Origin: Acutalibacteraceae bacterium
GTDB lineage: Bacteria; Bacillota; Clostridia; Oscillospirales; Acutalibacteraceae
Direction of reading: 5' to 3'
NCBI GenBank assembly: GCA_045640765.1
Contig: JAZUFP010000020.1
Location: 1-24,118, forward strand
Length of the DNA: 24,118 nucleotides
Every line of letters begins with the position of its first letter. Positions within the stretch are counted from its first letter, which is position 1. Position numbers and translations under genes: made by a program. Below, in pieces: positions 8,911 through 17,684 of this stretch. A model generated the notes under the pieces. That model saw only the letters and a program-made list of their open reading frames with translations, searched no databases and had not been told where the DNA came from.

Positions 8911-10449
8911 TTATTTTGCCTGCGAAACCATCTGATTGATCTTGTTGATGCTGATGTCGTAACTGCTCTTATATTTTTCGAGCGTTGCTTTGACCTGACC
9001 GACGTCACTCTTACAGATCAACTGCGACATCGGCGAATAGTCGACCAGACCGGCACCGTCCAGAACGCCGCGGGTATACGGGATCAGTTTCTTCATCTGA
9101 GAAACCTTGCCGTAGGTGTCTTTCAGGTTGGCGTTGATGAAATTGTCCGCCTTCGGATAGTTACGCGGATCCAGGAAGTATTTTAAGAATTCGATCGCGC
9201 CTTCCGGATTTTTGGCACCCTGCAGGATACCGAACGCGGAAGCGTCCATCAAAGCGACCTGCTGTTTGCCCTTGGGCATCGGGAACGGAACGGCATCGAT
9301 TTCGTCGGTCATTTCGTCGAAACGGGAGTTGGAATCCTTGAACATCTGATAAGCGATGCAGGAGAACATTGCCGCCTTGCCGGCCTTGAAAGTATCGGGT
9401 CCGTAAGGCAGAGTCTTATCCATATAACCCTTATCGGTCATGGTCAGGAAGAAGGTCAGGGAGTCGCTTAAAGCTTTGCTGCCAATGTTGGAGGTGAACT
9501 TGCTGGTATTGGTATCATAGCTGATAAAGTCCTTGCCGCCTGTAGTCGTCCAGTAGGAAATGGACTGTGCCCACAGATTGACGTAACCGTAAACGCTCTT
9601 GTCTTTCTTGGTGGTCGCCTTCGCGCACTCCATGAAAGTATCCCAGTTCCAGTTGCCTTCCTGCCAGTACTGACGGGGCGTTTTGACCTTCATCTTGTTA
9701 AAGATGGTCTTGTTATAATACATAACAACATATTCGGAATAGTTGGAACCGTTGATGTTCATACCGTATCTTTTGCCGTTGATCTTATAGGCAGACGCGA
9801 TCTCGTCATCCCAGTCAGATGATTTATAGTTCGAGAATTTTTCCAGCGGCTGCATCATTTTGATCGGGCGGCCCGGGAAACAGGTATAGTTGAACATCGC
9901 AACGTCATAACCTTCCTTACCGGCCATGGAAGAGGCCAGTAATTCGGTATAGGGAGAAGCGTCGTTCGAGGAGAATTTATAATCGACCTTCATGCCGGTA
10001 TCATTTTCAAACTTTTTGATGACGCTCTTTTCAGTATTGGTAAAATCGTGCCACCAAAGCAGTTTAACGGTCGTTCCTTTTAACTTTTCGCTCAGGCCAT
10101 CGTCCAATTGCACTTTGCTGGCAGTACCGTTGCCGGTGATATCGTTGGAAGTGATTTCCTTTTTGCTTTCGGTCGTTTTGGACTCGGTCTTGTTGTCCTT
10201 GCTGTTGTTGCCGCTGCTTTCGACCGTTGTGGAAACAGTCGTATCACCCTTTGTGGTTTTGGAAGTTGTTGAAGAAGTGGTCGTACCGCCTTCGGAAGAT
10301 CCGTTTTCATCGTCCGCTTCATAGAAATCGGTATCCTCAATAATTTCGGTGGTCTTGGTTTCGGCCTTCGGGCCGCATCCCGCGAAGCAAATCAGGCAAA
10401 GTGCCAGTGCCAGCATGATGCACAGTGTACGTTTGATCAATGTTTTCAT
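8911..10449 (-). CDS. Carbohydrate ABC transporter solute-binding lipoprotein (SBP_bac_1-like), 512 aa
   Basis: Start moved from 10521 to ATG 10449 (MKTLIKR; GAAAGGG RBS). Lipobox FAG-C25, Ser/Thr-rich linker, then SBP motifs (TVKLLWW, FENDTGMKV, YYNKTIF, WNWDTF, FKAGKAAM, VPFP, KNPEGAIEFLKY). Tandem stops TAA TAG. Confidence 0.88.
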   Translation of the reverse strand: MKTLIKRTLCIMLALALCLICFAGCGPKAETKTTEIIEDTDFYEADDENGSSEGGTTTSSTTSKTTKGDTTVSTTVESSGNNSKDNKTESKTTESKKEITSNDITGNGTASKVQLDDGLSEKLKGTTVKLLWWHDFTNTEKSVIKKFENDTGMKVDYKFSSNDASPYTELLASSMAGKEGYDVAMFNYTCFPGRPIKMMQPLEKFSNYKSSDWDDEIASAYKINGKRYGMNINGSNYSEYVVMYYNKTIFNKMKVKTPRQYWQEGNWNWDTFMECAKATTKKDKSVYGYVNLWAQSISYWTTTGGKDFISYDTNTSKFTSNIGSKALSDSLTFFLTMTDKGYMDKTLPYGPDTFKAGKAAMFSCIAYQMFKDSNSRFDEMTDEIDAVPFPMPKGKQQVALMDASAFGILQGAKNPEGAIEFLKYFLDPRNYPKADNFINANLKDTYGKVSQMKKLIPYTRGVLDGAGLVDYSPMSQLICKSDVGQVKATLEKYKSSYDISINKINQMVSQAK

Positions 10450-10510
10450 GTCAAAAACCCTTTCTGAAATAAATAATTTTTGATTTATATACTCGGAACA
10501 AAGTTCCGTT

Positions 10511-11479
10511 TTATCCGACAATACCGACCCGGTCGATACTCTTGATGAAGTTTTTCTGAACGATGAGGTAGAAGATCAGCACCGGGAGGATAAACAACAG
10601 GCACGCCGCCATGCTGGTACCGATCTGCGAAGAAACGTTCTGATCCAGTTTGATCAACTCGAAAATGCGGTCGATCGCGATAGACATCGGGTAGTTGCTG
10701 TTGAAATAAAGCCCGGTCAGGTAATATTCGTTCCAGTGCCAGATGATCGACAGAATGGAAACCGTCAGAATCGCGACACCGGAAGACGGGACGATGATCT
10801 GAACAAAGGTCTTGATGGGACCCGCGCCGTCGATCCACGCGGCTTCTTCCAGTTCTTTCGGGATTCCCTTTAAGAACTGAATGTAGATCATGATAAACAA
10901 ACCGGATTGATACCCGACACCGAAAATGGACGGCAGATAAAACGTGAACGGTGTATTGATCAGATTCAGCGTCAGATCTTTGCCGACCAGTTTACCGATC
11001 AGTTTCGTGATCCCGAAGAAATCGAAATAGCGGTAATTTACATAAGACGGAAGCATGGTAATGCGAACGGGCACGAGGATCAGCAAAATCAGCAGTGCAT
11101 ACATAACTTTCCGTTCGGGATATTTGAATCGGGCAAAACTGTACGCGGCGACCCCGCAGGTGGCGACCTCCATCAGCGCGCTGACCACCGGGATCAGCAA
11201 GGTGCGCAGGAAGGTGATCGGATAATCCATCACGCGGAACGCGTCCGCGAAGTTCTGCCAGTGTACTTTGGACGGGATCCAGACAACGCTGGAATTGATG
11301 AAGTCCGACTGGGGTTTCAATGAATTCGCAATGACCTGAAACAGCGGTGACATGACCGTGTAACCGACGGCGACCAGCAAAAACAGCCGGAGCAGCCGGT
11401 ACGCGATACTGAAAATACGCTGTTTGGTCTGTTTGGTGATCTGAATGGAGGAAGCGTTGATGTTCATGATATTTTTCAT
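10511..11479 (-). CDS. Carbohydrate ABC transporter permease (MalG-like), pair 2
   Basis: Multiple hydrophobic segments; AAYSFARFKYPERK; EAA loop GIPKELEEAAWIDGAG; IWHWNEYY; AAGGGGG RBS. Confidence 0.92.
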   Translation of the reverse strand: MKNIMNINASSIQITKQTKQRIFSIAYRLLRLFLLVAVGYTVMSPLFQVIANSLKPQSDFINSSVVWIPSKVHWQNFADAFRVMDYPITFLRTLLIPVVSALMEVATCGVAAYSFARFKYPERKVMYALLILLILVPVRITMLPSYVNYRYFDFFGITKLIGKLVGKDLTLNLINTPFTFYLPSIFGVGYQSGLFIMIYIQFLKGIPKELEEAAWIDGAGPIKTFVQIIVPSSGVAILTVSILSIIWHWNEYYLTGLYFNSNYPMSIAIDRIFELIKLDQNVSSQIGTSMAACLLFILPVLIFYLIVQKNFIKSIDRVGIVG

Positions 11480-11491
11480 CGTATCGCCCCC

Positions 11492-12409
11492 TTAATTCCA
11501 ACGGCGCAGGAAAACGCGCTGGTAAATGAGCAGGATCAGACCGCCGACAGCGCCGACAATGATGAAATACAGCCACAGCGCCGCCGCGCTTTGATCGTAC
11601 AGACTGTTTTTGCCGACAAAATCGTACGCCTGCTTCATAACGGGGTTATCGAAAGCCGTGATCTGATCCACCATCGTGTAAATAAAGACCAGCAGGATCA
11701 CGTTGCCGAGCATCGGGAACGTGACGTACCAGAATTCTTCCCACGAAGTGGCGCCCTCGATCTCGGACACTTCATAAAGTTGTTCCGGAATGGACTGCAT
11801 ACCGGCGACAAACAGCAGGATCTGAATACCGCAGCTCCAGATCAGGTTGAATACGTTGGTAATATAATCGTTCAAAACCAGCGTCACCTTATCGGGAAGC
11901 CCCAGTTTCAAAAGGATCGCGCTGAAACGCATGGCCGATTCGTCACTGCCGATTGCGGTACTCAATGCCGAGCCGTCACTGCCGAGGTTGTTGCCGGACA
12001 TGACGTATTTCATGACGACACCCGTCGCAATAATGACCGGCAGGAAGAAAACCGCGCGGGCAAGCAGTCTGCCGTGAAATTTCTGGTTGAGAATGACCGC
12101 GAAAATCAGACTTAACGCCACGATGATCGGCAGAGAGGTCAGGAAACCGGTGACCGCCGACCGAAGATTATTGATATAATCGGGGTCTTCGTTCAGCAGA
12201 TACTTAAAATGCGTCAAGCCGGTAAACTTCAACGAAACGCCGTTCATCAGACTGAAATCAGAGAAAGCATATGCGACAGACGATATCAGCGGGATAATGA
12301 AAAACAGCAGAATTCCGATAAACCACGGCACGATAAACATTCTGCCGTAGCGAACCTTCAAACGCTCGATCCCTTTTGTCTTTTGGAGTTTAGAAGACAT
12401 TTTTCGCAT
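11492..12409 (-). CDS. Carbohydrate ABC transporter permease (MalF-like), pair 2
   Basis: FIVPWFIGILLFF; RAVFFLPVII; variant EAA loop SIPEQLYEVSEIEGATSWEEFWYVTFP. RBS spacing favours ATG at 12400 (MSSK) over 12409. Confidence 0.92.
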   Translation of the reverse strand: MRKMSSKLQKTKGIERLKVRYGRMFIVPWFIGILLFFIIPLISSVAYAFSDFSLMNGVSLKFTGLTHFKYLLNEDPDYINNLRSAVTGFLTSLPIIVALSLIFAVILNQKFHGRLLARAVFFLPVIIATGVVMKYVMSGNNLGSDGSALSTAIGSDESAMRFSAILLKLGLPDKVTLVLNDYITNVFNLIWSCGIQILLFVAGMQSIPEQLYEVSEIEGATSWEEFWYVTFPMLGNVILLVFIYTMVDQITAFDNPVMKQAYDFVGKNSLYDQSAAALWLYFIIVGAVGGLILLIYQRVFLRRWN

Positions 12410-12423
12410 TCCTTTCCGTAGAT

Positions 12424-14643
12424 TTAACGATAAACAAAGCTGCCGGCTTTTACGGTGCCGAACCCGGAATAATCCGTTTTACTGCGATTGGTCACCAGTA
12501 CGGTACCGTCCGAAAACGTGGTTTTCGTCACATTTTCCGCCAATATTTCATGTTTTTCAATCGTGCTGTCCGCCACGCGGACAAGCAGATCTTTCGCTTC
12601 TTTCACGTACGCGCCGAGCGTTTCCTTCTGTCCGTCGAAGACCGCCCCGGCAAATACGCTTTGCCCATGTACGAAAGATTTATTATAATGATCGGCCACC
12701 GTGAACAGCAAGCCGCTGCCCGTTTCGACCGAACTTAAAAACGTATCACGCCCGTTGCCCGCCAGCGTCAGCGACGGACCGGAAAGGGATACGGAGCCCT
12801 TGAAAACCATTTGATAAAACGGGACGTCCACATCCAGCGCGTCGAATCCGGTGGATTCGGACGGAGCCGCGAGAACGTGATCGGATTGTGCCGCCGCGTA
12901 CGCGAAGGATTTTTGCGTCATGACCGAAGTTTCCTTGCGTGCCGCTTTCAGCGCCGCGGAAATATCCGCGTCCATATTTCCTTTGTTATAAGCGGACGGA
13001 TCACGGTAATCGGAATAGGCGATCTGTCCGATGGTCGAGAAGGAAGCGCCGTTCAGCGATTCATCCTTGATCTTATCAGTGACTTTTTGCGTGATCGTAC
13101 CGATCTGACCGCGTGCCAGCAGGTGATAAACACCCTTTTCGGTATCGCCGTTCCCCATGGCGGTAGCGTATTTCAGGAAGTGGGACGCCATAGCGGAATT
13201 GACCGCTTTCGCGCCGTCGGACGCAAAAGAAACGCCCAGTCCGGATTTGGAGAATTGAAGCACATCAAAATCCGGATATATGTCGGGGAATTGCTTTTGC
13301 AGGTCTTTCAGATCACCGAAAGAACCGAGCGATCCGTCAATTTTCAAGCCGCCCGCGATCTTACCGATATTGATACCGGATGCGCCGAAGCCCTTTAATT
13401 GAAGGACCGGTTGAAGTCCGGTCAGATCGGAAACGGATTTCGCGATCTTGCCGGCCTGCTCGACCGTTGTCGCCGACGCGACCGACGTATACGGAATACC
13501 CAGGAAAGAACGGTCAATTTCGGCACCGCCGACCGCCTGCAAATAAAGCGGCCGGGTGGAAACGTCGGATTTCATCCCTTCGTTTTCCCGTAAATACTGA
13601 CGGTACCGTTTCGCCATGCCGGAATATCCGTCTGATACCGGGTAATAACCGACCGTGCAGGCGGTATTGACATACCCGTCGGAGTAGGAATCGTAAACTT
13701 TTTTACTGCCGTAGGAAGTCTGGATCTTTTCGGTGTTGAATCCGCGCAGCGTAAAGGTCGGATATACCGAAGAATAACCGATCTCATCGCCGGCGATCGC
13801 CTGAATATCACAGCAGGCGGCACCCTGCTCGATCACGCCGAGCAACGCGTTTTTCCCGTCGTTCACGCCGAAAACAGGCATGGTCGCACCGATTTCGTTC
13901 GATGTGATCGCGTCCTGCAATTCGGCGTAGTCCGAACCGAAAAGTTCTTCTTTATACGCGCGGAAGCCGGTGCTTCGCACGTCGGGATACATTAGTGCGC
14001 CGCAACCGGACGGAACAAACAGATATTTATCTTTGTCCGGCTTTTTTGTTGTTGCCACGGCGGCAAGATACGGCGCGATATCGATACTGTACAGTTGATA
14101 CTGCCCTTCCAGGATGTGGGCGGTATCGACCGATACTGCGAAATGGTCGTCATACAAACGGTATACCAGCGGAATGACCATTTCGATCTTATCCAGGAAA
14201 TAGCAAACCAGCAGACCGTCATCCACCTTTCTGGCAGACAGCCGCCCTTCTTCGGTCAGGACTTTCTGACCGGAATAGGTGGAAAGCTGTTGATTGGCGC
14301 CCGGCAGATAGGAAACGCTGATGGGCGTGAACAACAGTTCACCGTCTCCCACGGCGGGATCGGCGTCCGGACGCTTGCAATAGTCCGCCGGGGTGGTGGA
14401 CCAGACCTGCCCGCTTTCCTTATCAGTAAAGCTGACGACCGCGCGTTCCGCGTCCCAGGACAGGGAAAAACGATCGTTTTCCGTCACGACGCCCGAATCG
14501 ACCGTCGTGATTTTCAGGTTTGACTGATATTCCGAAAATTCCAGCGGTTCTATATCACCGCAGGCGGCAAACACAAAAATCATTACCGCGCCCAGCAGAA
14601 ACGCCGCTGCCCGTCTGATTCCATTACGAACCGCTTTTGTCAT
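12424..14643 (-). CDS. DUF5696-like lipoprotein (putative glycosidase-clan TIM-barrel protein), 739 aa
   Basis: Lipobox FAA-C; motifs VWSTTP, YLFVPSGCGALM, MPVFG, YSGMAKRYRQYL, VPFYQMVFKG and TTFSDGTVLVTN, which I recall as typical of DUF5696 proteins. Position between the NHL/Yip1 gene and a permease pair. ATGA overlap with the upstream gene. Confidence 0.65.
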   Translation of the reverse strand: MTKAVRNGIRRAAAFLLGAVMIFVFAACGDIEPLEFSEYQSNLKITTVDSGVVTENDRFSLSWDAERAVVSFTDKESGQVWSTTPADYCKRPDADPAVGDGELLFTPISVSYLPGANQQLSTYSGQKVLTEEGRLSARKVDDGLLVCYFLDKIEMVIPLVYRLYDDHFAVSVDTAHILEGQYQLYSIDIAPYLAAVATTKKPDKDKYLFVPSGCGALMYPDVRSTGFRAYKEELFGSDYAELQDAITSNEIGATMPVFGVNDGKNALLGVIEQGAACCDIQAIAGDEIGYSSVYPTFTLRGFNTEKIQTSYGSKKVYDSYSDGYVNTACTVGYYPVSDGYSGMAKRYRQYLRENEGMKSDVSTRPLYLQAVGGAEIDRSFLGIPYTSVASATTVEQAGKIAKSVSDLTGLQPVLQLKGFGASGINIGKIAGGLKIDGSLGSFGDLKDLQKQFPDIYPDFDVLQFSKSGLGVSFASDGAKAVNSAMASHFLKYATAMGNGDTEKGVYHLLARGQIGTITQKVTDKIKDESLNGASFSTIGQIAYSDYRDPSAYNKGNMDADISAALKAARKETSVMTQKSFAYAAAQSDHVLAAPSESTGFDALDVDVPFYQMVFKGSVSLSGPSLTLAGNGRDTFLSSVETGSGLLFTVADHYNKSFVHGQSVFAGAVFDGQKETLGAYVKEAKDLLVRVADSTIEKHEILAENVTKTTFSDGTVLVTNRSKTDYSGFGTVKAGSFVYR

Positions 14644-16784
14644 TGATAAAGCGCCTCCTTTACAATGGAACCGATAAACGAACTCAGTTCACGCGTAAGA
14701 ATAAAGATCATGAAAATAATGAACACGATCAGCAGAATGCCGAGCACCGAAACGACCGTTGTCCACAGGAAACGGAAGAAATCGTATTCGTGGACCGCCA
14801 TGATACCGACGCACAGAACGACGGCGGTGAGAATGTGACAGCAGACCATCAGAATGGTCATGATCGCCGCTTCTTCCGGCACCAGGATGTTGGTCAGGAT
14901 CAGTTTCAGCACGCAGCCGATGATTTCCGGGATCAGCGCGTAGCAGGTCACCATGAAAATTTCTTTCAGATAACCCTTGCCCTGTGCCAGAATACACACG
15001 CCCCAGTTGACGACCGTCCAGACAACGACCAGTCCGATGGTGCGAACCAGCGTCAGCAGGGAGTTATAATCGGCAGGATCAAAAATGCTGAACGAAAAAC
15101 CGGAATAGATCTCCGAGGCAACCATGGCCACGTAATATAGGATCATGAGCAGGAACGCCACACCCAGCGAGCCGGCGCCTTTATATTTCAGGCGGTAGAA
15201 TGAATCAAACGGATGGATCATGGTATTGAGGGCGAAACGAACCGGATGATCCGGATTCTTTTCCTTTTCCCCGCGCAGTTTGATCCAGATGAAGATCCCG
15301 ACGGCAAGAACCACGACCAGAACGATGATCCACCAGACGTTGTCGGCAAAGAATTCCGAGCGTTTCTGTTGGAACGCGACCGCGTAGTCATTCTGATCCA
15401 GACCGGTTTCGGCATAGTCCAACGCCGCGGTGTTATCCCCTTCAAACAAAGCCGCCTGCGCCAGGCCGATGTAGGCAAGCTGATTGTTTTTGTCGACCGA
15501 CAGAATCTGTTTCCACAGCGGTTTGGCTTCGGGATAATTACCGTCCAGCGTCAGTTTCTGCGCTTTCAAATACATTTTTCCGTAATCGGTAATACGGAAA
15601 GACGTGATACTGCAATCTTCGGCATCGGTCACGTACAGCATATCGCCGTATACCACGATGGAGGAGGCGCGTTCAAACGTTCCCTTTTGTTCGCAGATGA
15701 AATCGCGTCCGCCGCCGCCGAAAACGCCGATGTTATTGCACTGGCTGTCGTAAATAAAGATATGACCGAACTGTGCGTCAACGGCATACACAAAATCGTT
15801 TTTATCGACACAGAGTTTTTTGAAATCGGTCAGGTACGGCATCAGCACTTCGGTCTTGAAATCGCCCGCATCGGTAAAATCAAGCGATTCCGAACCTTTG
15901 CCGCTGCTGTTTTTATAAATATTGCTGCCGGCGGGATTCAGCCGACGGATATGACCGGTACCGGAAGAATAAATATTTTCGGTTTTGCCGGTCAGCGTAT
16001 AGATAAAGTCGCTTTGGTCGATGTCCATACTGATGAACTGGTACGGCAGTTTCTGAACACTTGCCGCACGTTTGGCTTCGGTCTGGGTCATGCGGTCCCA
16101 CAGCTTTGCCAGAAAATCCAACACGGTCGCCTGAACATAGTTGGCACCGTAGAAGCCGAGGAAATTGCCGTCTTCATCATAGACGACCGCGCCGTAATAC
16201 GATCCGTCACTCAATACGAAAATGTATCCGCGTGAGTCCATGACCAGTTTGGTCGGCGCAAAATTGAAATCATCCGGAACGACGTCGCTTTCCGGAAGCG
16301 TGATCTGTTTCGTGTATTTTCCGTTTTTGTCAAAAACCAGCACACGTCCGTTATTGGTATCGCAGACGTAGACCCGATCTTCGCGGTCAAGATAAATGCC
16401 GCGTGCGCCGGAGAAATCCAGTTCTTCACCTTTCACGGTCGGTGAAGAAATGATTTTGATCAGTTTCAGCTGCGGGGTCAGGACCACTACACGGGCGTTA
16501 TCCGCATCAAGAATATAAACGTTTCCTTTACTGTCGGTATCCAGATCGGCGGGTTCACTGAATTCTTCGATGCCGAGGTCAAAACCGTAAACCTTATCTT
16601 CGACCGTATAGAGTTCGCGGATCGGCGCGGCTTCCCGCTTCGTTCCCTCCGCGCTGGTCCAGTACATATAGGTATCGTAAGGTTCGGATTCATATTCTTC
16701 TGCGGAAGCAACCGGCGAGATCATCAGTCCGCACAGGACCAGAACCAGCAATAACGCAGCGGTATATTTCAGGATCTTTTTCAT
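14640..16784 (-). CDS. Secreted NHL-repeat beta-propeller + TPR-like + TM + Yip1-like multi-pass membrane fusion protein, 714 aa
   Basis: Signal peptide (PVASA|EE). NHL-like repeats (FSEPADLDTDSKGNVYILDADNARVVVL; FSGARGIYLDREDRVYVCDTNNGRVLVF; FAPTKLVMDSRGYIFV). TPR-like helices (AKPLWKQILSVDKNNQLAYIGLAQA), a TM (WWIIVLVVVLAVGIFIWI), then MIHPFDSFY and about five more TMs. Confidence 0.8.
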   Translation of the reverse strand: MKKILKYTAALLLVLVLCGLMISPVASAEEYESEPYDTYMYWTSAEGTKREAAPIRELYTVEDKVYGFDLGIEEFSEPADLDTDSKGNVYILDADNARVVVLTPQLKLIKIISSPTVKGEELDFSGARGIYLDREDRVYVCDTNNGRVLVFDKNGKYTKQITLPESDVVPDDFNFAPTKLVMDSRGYIFVLSDGSYYGAVVYDEDGNFLGFYGANYVQATVLDFLAKLWDRMTQTEAKRAASVQKLPYQFISMDIDQSDFIYTLTGKTENIYSSGTGHIRRLNPAGSNIYKNSSGKGSESLDFTDAGDFKTEVLMPYLTDFKKLCVDKNDFVYAVDAQFGHIFIYDSQCNNIGVFGGGGRDFICEQKGTFERASSIVVYGDMLYVTDAEDCSITSFRITDYGKMYLKAQKLTLDGNYPEAKPLWKQILSVDKNNQLAYIGLAQAALFEGDNTAALDYAETGLDQNDYAVAFQQKRSEFFADNVWWIIVLVVVLAVGIFIWIKLRGEKEKNPDHPVRFALNTMIHPFDSFYRLKYKGAGSLGVAFLLMILYYVAMVASEIYSGFSFSIFDPADYNSLLTLVRTIGLVVVWTVVNWGVCILAQGKGYLKEIFMVTCYALIPEIIGCVLKLILTNILVPEEAAIMTILMVCCHILTAVVLCVGIMAVHEYDFFRFLWTTVVSVLGILLIVFIIFMIFILTRELSSFIGSIVKEALYQ

Positions 16785-16820
16785 TACGGTTTCCTTCCTT
16801 TCGTCAGAATTGAATCATGC

Positions 16821-17684
16821 TTATTCCTTGATACCGGCGCTACCCATGGTTTCCATCACGCTTCCCTGCGTGATCATATATACGGTGACAGGCGGGATCA
16901 GCAAAATAACGGTTGCCGCCATGGCGCTGCCCGAACGGGCGATACCGCCGGCGGAAATGGTTGAAAGAACGGTCGGCAGCATTTTCAGTTCTTCGCTGAA
17001 AATCGTACCGCCGGGCTGCATGGACCACAGATCGCGGAACGCGAACAGTGCCAGCGTCAGCCATGCCGGGCGAATGATCGGCAAAGCGATCTGCCGGTAG
17101 ATGCGGAAAAATCCGGCGCCGTCGATCCGGCCGGCTTCCAACAGCGCGTCCGGCACACTGCTGTCGATGAACTGTTTCATTAAGAAGACACCCATTGCGG
17201 ACGGCAGATACGGCAGGATATAGACTAAATAAGTATCGATGATGTGCAGTTTCGAGAAGATCACGTACTGCGGGATCGCCAGCGTATAAGCGTTATACAG
17301 CAGCGCGAACTGTACGGTGGCGAAAATCACGGCACAACCTTTGAATTTCAGCTTTGACAGGACAAACGCCGCCATGGAAGCGATCAGAATATGCAAGATC
17401 GTGGTCGCCACGCTGACAAAGATACTGTTGAAAACGTACCGTGAAAGCGGGACCTGCAAACTGGAAAGCAGTTTCGGCAGTGCCGCGTAGTTTTCCAACG
17501 TCGGCCGTGTCACAAAGAAACGCGGCGGGTAGATCATGATTTCTTCCAGCGGTTTCAGTGAGGTACAGACCGTGTAAATGATCGGCAGTACCGAAAACAG
17601 ACCGAACAGCGTCAGGAAGAAGAAATAAAAGAAATTGCCGACCCGTGAACGGGTATATCTTTTATACTGTGCACGATTTTTCAT
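16821..17684 (-). CDS. Carbohydrate ABC transporter permease (MalG-like), pair 1
   Basis: TSLKPLEEI...PPRFF; MAAFVLSK; EAA loop SVPDALLEAGRIDGAG; ATGA overlap with the upstream gene; GGGAGG RBS. Confidence 0.92.
   Translation of the reverse strand: MKNRAQYKRYTRSRVGNFFYFFFLTLFGLFSVLPIIYTVCTSLKPLEEIMIYPPRFFVTRPTLENYAALPKLLSSLQVPLSRYVFNSIFVSVATTILHILIASMAAFVLSKLKFKGCAVIFATVQFALLYNAYTLAIPQYVIFSKLHIIDTYLVYILPYLPSAMGVFLMKQFIDSSVPDALLEAGRIDGAGFFRIYRQIALPIIRPAWLTLALFAFRDLWSMQPGGTIFSEELKMLPTVLSTISAGGIARSGSAMAATVILLIPPVTVYMITQGSVMETMGSAGIKE

Noticed and set aside
10494-10508. Small hairpin CGGAAC-aaa-GTTCCG and a possible internal promoter before the SBP gene
   Set aside because: Only 6 bp, and no acceptable -35 at the right spacing from the TATATA/TATAAA-like sequence; too weak to call.
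8860-10521. Track starts at 8904 and 10521
   Set aside because: They run through the intergenic hairpin or overlap the previous gene; the downstream ATGs (8859, 10449) have RBSs and directly begin signal peptides.
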